A stretch of DNA of 57,098 bases from Octopus bimaculoides (lineage: Eukaryota). The notes beneath the pieces are model-generated. The model saw only the letters and a program-made list of their open reading frames with translations. It was not told where the DNA came from and did not search any database. Shown one piece after another: positions 50,420 to 57,098 of this stretch. The stretch covers positions 13,365,589 to 13,422,686 of the forward strand of contig NC_068983.1 of NCBI RefSeq assembly GCF_001194135.2, written 5' to 3'. The translations under genes and the position numbers were made by a program. Positions within the stretch are counted from its first letter, which is position 1. Every line of letters starts with the position of its first letter.

Positions 50420-50740
50420 ATGTGCAAGCACCACTGTATGGTTAACAAGCATGTTTTCCAACCGTATGGTTTCGGGTTTAATCTAATGTACGACACCTTG
50501 GAAAATGTCTGCTATTGTAGCCCCGGGCAGACCGATACCTTCTGAAAGTGTATTTGTGTATGAGCGTGATGTATATTGTCTCACCGCTTGACAACCGGTA
50601 TTGGTTTGTTTACATCAACGTAGTTAGGAGCTTTGGCAAAACAGGCATTTTTTATAAGGACCAGGCCTAAAATGAAGTACTGTCATCGATTTGCTCAACT
50701 AAAACCCTACAAGGTTTTGTCTCAGCACGGCTGTAGGCGA
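50420..50740 (+). mobile_element. Old family A SINE
   Basis: Diverged head and tail landmarks. Confidence 0.6.
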
Positions 50741-50767
50741 ATATTTCAAACATTTGATAACTATTCC

Positions 50768-51000
50768 TTTATTTCACGTTGCTCCAGTCTATTCAGCTGG
50801 TAAAAATGAGTAGTGCTTGTATTTCTAAGGGCCAGCCTTGTCACACTCTGTGTCACCCTGAATCTCCTTGAGAACAACGTTGACGGTATACGTGTCTGTG
50901 GAGTGCTCAGCCATTTGCACCTTAATTTCCCAAGCAGGTTGTTCCGTTAATCGCATCAGCTGGATCTCTCGTCGTCGTAACCGACGGAATGCTCCATATA
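50768..51000 (+). mobile_element. Mosaic SINE fragment (D middle, B tail)
   Basis: TTTCACGTTGCTCCAGTC..CAGCTGG.AAAAATGAGTA joined to CAGCCTTGTCACAC..GTGTCTGTGGAGTGCTCAGCC. Confidence 0.75.
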
Positions 51001-51084
51001 ATCTATGCTGAACAACTGAAACAACGGCACCCGCTAACTCACCAACTAGCAATCCATAACAATAGAACGAACAACTGGCTCTCC

Positions 51085-51345
51085 GTCGGTTTGCAATGAT
51101 AACGAGCGTTCCAGTTGATCCGATCAGCATAATAACTTGCTGGTGAAAGTAACGTACAAGTGGATGAGTACTCCACAGACAGACGTTGTTCTCAGGGAGA
51201 TTTAGCGTAACACAGAATGTTATAAGGCCCTCACTTCGAATTACAGATACAACTCATTTTTGCCAGCCGAGTGGACTGGAGAAACTTGAAATAAAGTGTC
51301 TCGCTCAAGGACAGAACGCGCAGCCAGGAATCGAACTCACGACCT
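51085..51345 (-). mobile_element. Mosaic SINE (D head, B tail), inverted relative to 50768-51000
   Basis: GAGTGGACTGGAG..GCTCAAGGA..GGAATCGAACTC head with the reverse complement of the B tail. Confidence 0.75.
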
Positions 51346-51919
51346 TAGAATAGCTTGAAAGATGACGAAATAATCGCGAGTGTGAGTTACACGCTTTCTG
51401 GTTCAAATATATTTTAATTCTGCTTTTAAGCACAATATGCATAAGTTATTTATTTCGTTGGCAAGCAGATCAGCATGATAGTGTCACGTGACTGTAGCAG
51501 CATTACTACGTGTCTTGAATTAAGGTCAAACAATGCAATACTTTGGGAGGTTATCTTTTCCTATAGCCGTATAGTCACGAGTCAAGCTCCTAAATGTAGA
51601 AACTAGTGTGGAAGTGGGCGGTGGGGGGAGGGTAGTGTGCATAATTTTTCGTTAATGTATATATTGAAGAATGCAAATACCGACAAGACACCTGGACAAC
51701 CTGTGCTCTTTGGATTCAATTGAAATATTAGTTTGCAACGAGTAACAGACATTCTCATTGGTTCAACATAAATTAATGGAATAAAATCACGGAATATGTA
51801 AAAGGAAAAGTCATTCTTGAAATGCTTCCTTAAGTATACCGCAGTCTATCTATCTATTTATCTCTCTCTCTATATATATATAGAGAGAGATAGATAATAA
51901 AAGAAACGTCACCCCTTTC

Positions 51920-52197
51920 AAAGCTTAGCCATGGACCCGGTTTCCCGGTTTCTACGGCGTATGTGTTCCCCCCAGCTGGACAATGCCAGTCAATCGCAGC
52001 GTTACTCAAGAAACAGTGAGAGAAAGTTGGGGGTGAAAGAGTACAACAGCGGTCGTCACCACCCCCTGCCGGAGCCTCGTGGTGCTCTTTAGGTGTTTTC
52101 GCTCAATAAACACACACAACGTCCGGTTTGGGAATCGAAACCGCCACCCGCCGACCGCGAGTCCGCTGCCCTAACCTCTAGGCCATTGCGCTTCCAC
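51920..52197 (-). mobile_element. Mosaic SINE (B head, D tail)
   Basis: B-type head GGCCATTGCGC/GGGAATCGAAACC joined to D-type CCCGGTTTCCCGGTTTC tail. Confidence 0.8.
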
Positions 52198-52230
52198 ATA
52201 ATGTGATATAATATAATATGATATAATATA

Positions 52231-52458
52231 TTGAGTTGACCGGAAAGTACGTGCTGGTTTTTAAAGGAAAGAAAAAGGTCAATAAATATTTGTCATTACA
52301 TTTTTAATCAACCAAATATGAACCATTTTGCTGCACAATGAGTCTCCATCTTTCCTTTAACTTGAAAATACCCTCTTCCCAGAACTGAGGTGGTTTCATG
52401 GCAAATAAGTCGAAAGGTAAGTTACTATAAATCGGCGCGAACTTTCCGGACAACGCAA
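52231..52458 (-). mobile_element. Mariner-derived MITE, second copy
   Basis: Reverse complement of 4370-4595 with the same internal structure; TA on both sides. Confidence 0.9.
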
Positions 52459-53289
52459 TAATATAATATATAATATCTATGTATGTGTGCGTGCATGCAT
52501 GCGTGTATGTATGTATGATTGAATAATAGTAGCCTGTTCACAGTCGTTTATTGCATATACCTTATCACAAAATTACCTTCTCTTAGCTTCGAATAATCCC
52601 TTTAAGTTGATACATGGCTCTTATTCGTAACGAGAAATACTTATAAATATATAAGATTGCATGGTTAGGGAAGAGTGTATATAAATAACTATATTATTTG
52701 TCTTTGTTGTGGTTATTTCTCTCTGGTTAGGGAGTGGCGTTTATGTATTGCTTATAAAGCAGAATGTATAAACTTCAAAGCGGCCCAAATCAAGATAAGA
52801 CTAAGTCGAGAGTCTCTATAAACGAAACACAATCCGGTCATCTTCCCATAGAGCCAACCAGTTCGATCACATTTTATATGTATCGTGGCTAAATTCTCAA
52901 CTCTATACATTTCAGCACTTTATTTATAGTTTTATCTTTTCCCCCTCAAATATCTGATATCATCTAAGCATAAAGGAATAAATTCACCTCCTGACAGCAA
53001 CTCTATTTGCGTTCGAAATTCTTTTAAAATGCCATATGTTATCCTGTTTCTTCTTAGATAAAGCAAACTTACTCAGAGAATATAAAATACATATATAAAA
53101 GGAAAAAAAAAACTCGTTACGTTATCTTTCTATTGAGAGAATTCGTTGATATTTTTACTTTTTGATTTCTTTATGCCTTTTTCAAACAACTATCATGCAT
53201 TATTCAAAATATTTCCTCGCTCAAACGTCAAATTTATCTTTTGAACGGGTTTAAAGTTATTTTCTGTGATTTGAGATATTCGCTGAAGA

Positions 53290-53440
53290 AAAAGAGAAAT
53301 GGTAAAAGCAGACTTCCACGTCACTAAACCATAACATTTCCTTCGCCGCCGTCATTTATTTCCTCTGTTCTTGATAATATGGAAGTGACAGCAAAAACCA
53401 ATTAATAACACTTTTATGACTTCGGGTGAATCAGTGCCTT
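53290..53440. promoter_or_regulatory. Candidate regulatory cluster (CRE-like CCACGTCA, ETS-like GGAAGTG, CGCCGCCGTCATTT)
   Basis: Motif co-occurrence in non-repetitive AT-rich DNA only. Confidence 0.15.
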
Positions 53441-54131
53441 TCTTTGGGATTACATTTCCTATTTACCAAAATATACAAGGCGAAACGAATGCAAAAAATA
53501 ATACATAAATTTACACATTTCTCAAAATTAATTGATAAAATATTATTTGAGACATTTTAATCAAACGGTTAGTTCGTGTCATGAATAATTCAGTAGTAAC
53601 GCGATTATGAATATACACTTTCCCTCTCTTAATTTTTAAGTGCAACACGACTGCATTTCTTCATTTAGACCGTTCATTAGATTTATGATCTCATTCAAAA
53701 ACAATTCCACTATTTCCCATCTGTAATATAATATTAAAAGAACGTGGAATTGATTTAAGATATACCGTTCAAAACAAAACAAATTTGTCATTTGAAAACA
53801 AATATCCATTTAAAGTTAATTCATAATTGATCATTTGTTGGTTAACAGTTATTTTAATTATCATACAGAAACTAATTCGATACAAGTGATACCTGAAATT
53901 TGATCCTCTGTTTGTTTCTCATCAATTCAGCAAAACGAGGAAAAGAGCTCAACATTTAATTCAATGATAGTAGGAATACCAGAAAAGAACTGGCAAGAAA
54001 TCCAACTATACATTTCTTATTTATTAAAACTGTTACTTAAGGCAACAAAATATAGATTCCTTGAAAAACAAAACCGGAAATGAAAAGTAATGCACTAATG
54101 GTAATTATTTGATATATCATTAACTCTTATT

Positions 54132-54168
<37 letters not shown>

Positions 54169-54459
54169 ACACACACACACACACACACACACGTACCAAC
54201 TCACTCACTCATGCACATACCCCAAGATTTTGTGCTTCTGCCACTCATCCTTTTTTCTATTAACCTTTCGCCGGCCCGAAGAATTTTCATAATTTTGCCC
54301 TAAATGTCTGTGCTTGTTTTCGGACTTTTAGTTAGCCTTTATATGTTATGTTCTGAGTTATATAAAGATTTCTTTTCTTAAGTTTCAACTCGCTCAGGTG
54401 GTTGAAGAAACTTGTGATGTATGGACGCCAGGAAAATATTTCCACAGAAGAGGCGAAGG

Positions 54460-54622
54460 TGTTGTGTCGACGCCCCCAAGAGAAGAAGTAGGCTCGACCA
54501 AGACATATAAATAGAGGTAGTCTGACCGTGGTAGGAGTGGACTGACTGTTCAGTAGCTGTTGAGCAGCAGATGCGTAGAGATCATCCGAAGTTGCTAGAT
54601 AGCAGTAGCTTGAGACATAACA
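54460..54622 (+). mobile_element. Solo LTR, 163 bp, perfect 5 bp TSD
   Basis: TGTTGTGTC...GACATAACA flanked by GAAGG on both sides. Confidence 0.92.
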
Positions 54623-55087
54623 GAAGGATTAATTATCTGGATATACTACAACACTTAAATGTAATCTATCCAACGACCAAGACAACATCATCTATCACTG
54701 GTTTTCCTTATGACTACTTTTGTCTACAATACGTTTGTCTATTACTTTGGGCCCTTAAGTCTTTCATGGCATCGCAGAGTGGCCTTCGCAACAGACAAAG
54801 AGTCTCGAGCACATTTAGACATCACGGAGTGACACACTCCCCTGATGTAACTCGTCAGACACACAGACAGACTGGGAGAAAATTGGAAGGAAGAAAAGAA
54901 TAGCATCAGTATTAAATTGGTATTTTATTAATAGACCCCGGAAGAATGGCAAGCAAAGTTGACAATGTCGGAGATGGAACTCAGAATACAGAGAGCCAGA
55001 ACGATAACTGCTAAGCAATAGATCCGTCACTCTAATACCACTTTCAGTTAGATGCCTTATAGGAATATCAATATTTCATTGCAGAAA

Positions 55088-56410
55088 TAAGGTGGTGAAT
55101 CCTTAGCACGCCTGGCAAAATTGCTTAACGGCATTTCGTCTGTCTTTACGTTCTGAGTTCAAATTACGCCGATGTCGACTTTGTCTTTCATCCTTTCAGG
55201 GTCGATAAAATAAGTACCATTTGAACACTTAGGTTGATGTGATCGACTTACCACTCCCGCCTGAAGTCGCTGGCCTTGTGCCAAAACGCAAAGCCAAAGT
55301 ATGATTACTTAAATATATCGGCGAGCTGGCAGAATCGTTAGAACACCGGGCGAAATGCTTGACATTTCCTCTGTCTTCGTGCACTAATTTCAAATTTCGC
55401 CGAGGTAGACCTTACCTTTTATCATTTCGTGGTCGATAAAATAAGTACCAGTTGAGCTCTTAGATCGATGTAATCGACTTAGCCCATCCCCCTAAAATGC
55501 TGGCCTTGTGCCAAAATTTGAAGCCAAAAATTGTAATATGAAGAAAGGCGGCGAGCTAGCAGAATCGCTAGCACGCCGGACAAAAATGCTTAGCGACATG
55601 TAGTCCGTATTCACCTGCTGAGTTCATATCCCAGCAAGGTCGACTTTTCCCTTCATCATTTCAGAGACGCTAAAATAACTACCAGTTGCGTGCACGGGAT
55701 CGAGGCAATCGACTTACCACATCTCACGAAATTGCTGGCCTTGTGCAGAAAATTGAAGCCAATATTTTATTGAAAAAATAAGGTCGGGAGCAAGCAGGAC
55801 TATTAGCATGCCGGACTAAATGCAGTTCGATTTTAAATTCCGCCAACGTAGCCCTCTCCCGAAATTGATGGCCTTGTGCTAAAGTTTGAAAAAAAATAAA
55901 TAAATGCGCCCTTTTAAAGCCTAGCCAGGCTCATGGGCCCGGTTTCCCGGTTTCAATGACGCATGTGTTCCCCAGCTGGACGGGACGCCAGTCCATCGGA
56001 GCGTTACTCATTTTTGCCAGCTGAGTGGACTGGAGCAACGTGAAATGAAGTGTTTTGCTCAAGAACACAACGCGTCGCCCTGTCCGGGAATCGAAACCAC
56101 AATCTTACGATCATGATGCTGACACCCTAACCACTAAGCCACGCGCCTCCATTGCTAAAGTTTGAAATTAATATTTTATTGCAGGAATAAGGCGACGAGC
56201 TGGCAAAGACGTTAGCACGCCGGCCGAAATGCTTAGCGGCATTTTGTTTGTCTTTACGTTCTGAGTTCAAATTCCACCAAGGTTGATTTTTGCCTATCAT
56301 CCTTTCGGAGTGGATAAATTAAGTACCAGTTGCGTACTGGTTCGATCTAATCGACTGGGCCTCTCCCACAAAATTTCGGGCCTTGTGCCTAGAGCAGAAA
56401 AGAATATGTT
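55088..56410 (+). mobile_element. Head-to-tail array of about 5 SINE family C units
   Basis: Units start near 55088, 55318, 55547, 55783 and 56190; tRNA-like head with GAGTTCAAATT B-box. Confidence 0.9.
55892..56150 (-). mobile_element. SINE family D (V-domain-like), inserted in the C array with 15 bp TSD
   Basis: TSD TGCTAAAGTTTGAAA at 55877-55891 and 56153-56167; contains GATGGACTGGCGTCCCGTCCAG. Confidence 0.92.
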
Positions 56411-56437
56411 ATTTCAGAAATATTTAGGATATAATCG

Positions 56438-56812
56438 TGGCTCTGTGTTAAGAAGCTTGCTTCCTGACCACATGGTTCTGGGTTCAGTCCCATTGCATAG
56501 CACCTTGAGCAAGTGTCTTCTACTGGAGCCTCGGGCCGACCAAAGACTTGTGAGTGGATTTGGTAGACGGAAACTGAGAGAAGCCCGTCATATACATATG
56601 TATATATATGTATCTATGTGTGTGTGTGTGTGTGTCAGTATTTGCTCCTCCCCATCACCGCTTGACACCGGTGTTGTTGCGTTTACGTCCCCGTAGAATA
56701 AGTACTAGGCTTTAAAGAAATAAGTCCTGGGGACGATTTGTTTGACTAAAATCTTTCAAGGCAGTGCTCCAGCATGGCCGCAGTCAAATGACTGAAACAA
56801 GTAAAAGAGTAA
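56438..56812 (+). mobile_element. SINE family A, near full length
   Basis: Head, internal microsatellite and tail. Confidence 0.9.
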
Positions 56813-57098
56813 AGGAACAATAGATAGAAAGGTCTAAACATCGCCAATAAAACAGATTAATTTAAGAATAGGAAATTTAAGTATGTGCGTGCGTGTGTGT
56901 GTGTGTGTGTGTGCGTGTGTGTGTGTTTGTGTGTGTGCGTGTGTGTGTGTGAGCAATGGTACATTATAAAGAGTATGTAAGCACATTTCTGGAGTAGCTA
57001 TAAATATAATACTTGTTTTCGATAGCCGTTCCCTCCAGTAAATAGAACTGCAGTGACACCATATATCTGACAGAAAATTACTAAATAAACCTGATGAC

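Noticed and set aside
55088-56410. Regularly spaced repeats that might suggest a CRISPR array
   Set aside because: Units are about 230 bp diverged SINEs without unique spacers, in a eukaryotic context.
57088-57098. CCTGATGAC at the window end
   Set aside because: Truncated by the window boundary; cannot be evaluated.

Overview
Repeat-dense, AT-rich eukaryotic DNA with many N gaps, most flanked by microsatellites. The repeat families look like a coleoid cephalopod, probably Octopus; this is an inference from remembered SINE consensus shapes, not a database hit. I found no intact host gene. Almost all long ORFs in the track are microsatellite or N-gap artefacts, and the real coding signal is fossil: RTE-type LINEs, restriction-like-endonuclease LINEs (R4/Dong-like and HERO-like) and mariner transposases. 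The window also holds at least five tRNA-derived SINE families (some mosaic or in head-to-tail arrays), a hAT MITE nested in a mariner, two copies of a 230 bp mariner MITE and two solo LTRs. The most striking observation is a set of type-I hammerhead-ribozyme-like motifs in three unrelated short repeats (12788-12849, 14849-14885, 22460-22505), plus a degenerate fourth (47968-48014). One sits inside a tRNA-headed SINE. All three have little or no stem III, palindromic in two of them, as described for Penelope-like minimal hammerheads. Other notable items are a mariner with a microhomology-joined internal inversion, a local fold-back duplication, a long terminal hairpin and a weak phase-consistent chain of candidate small exons.
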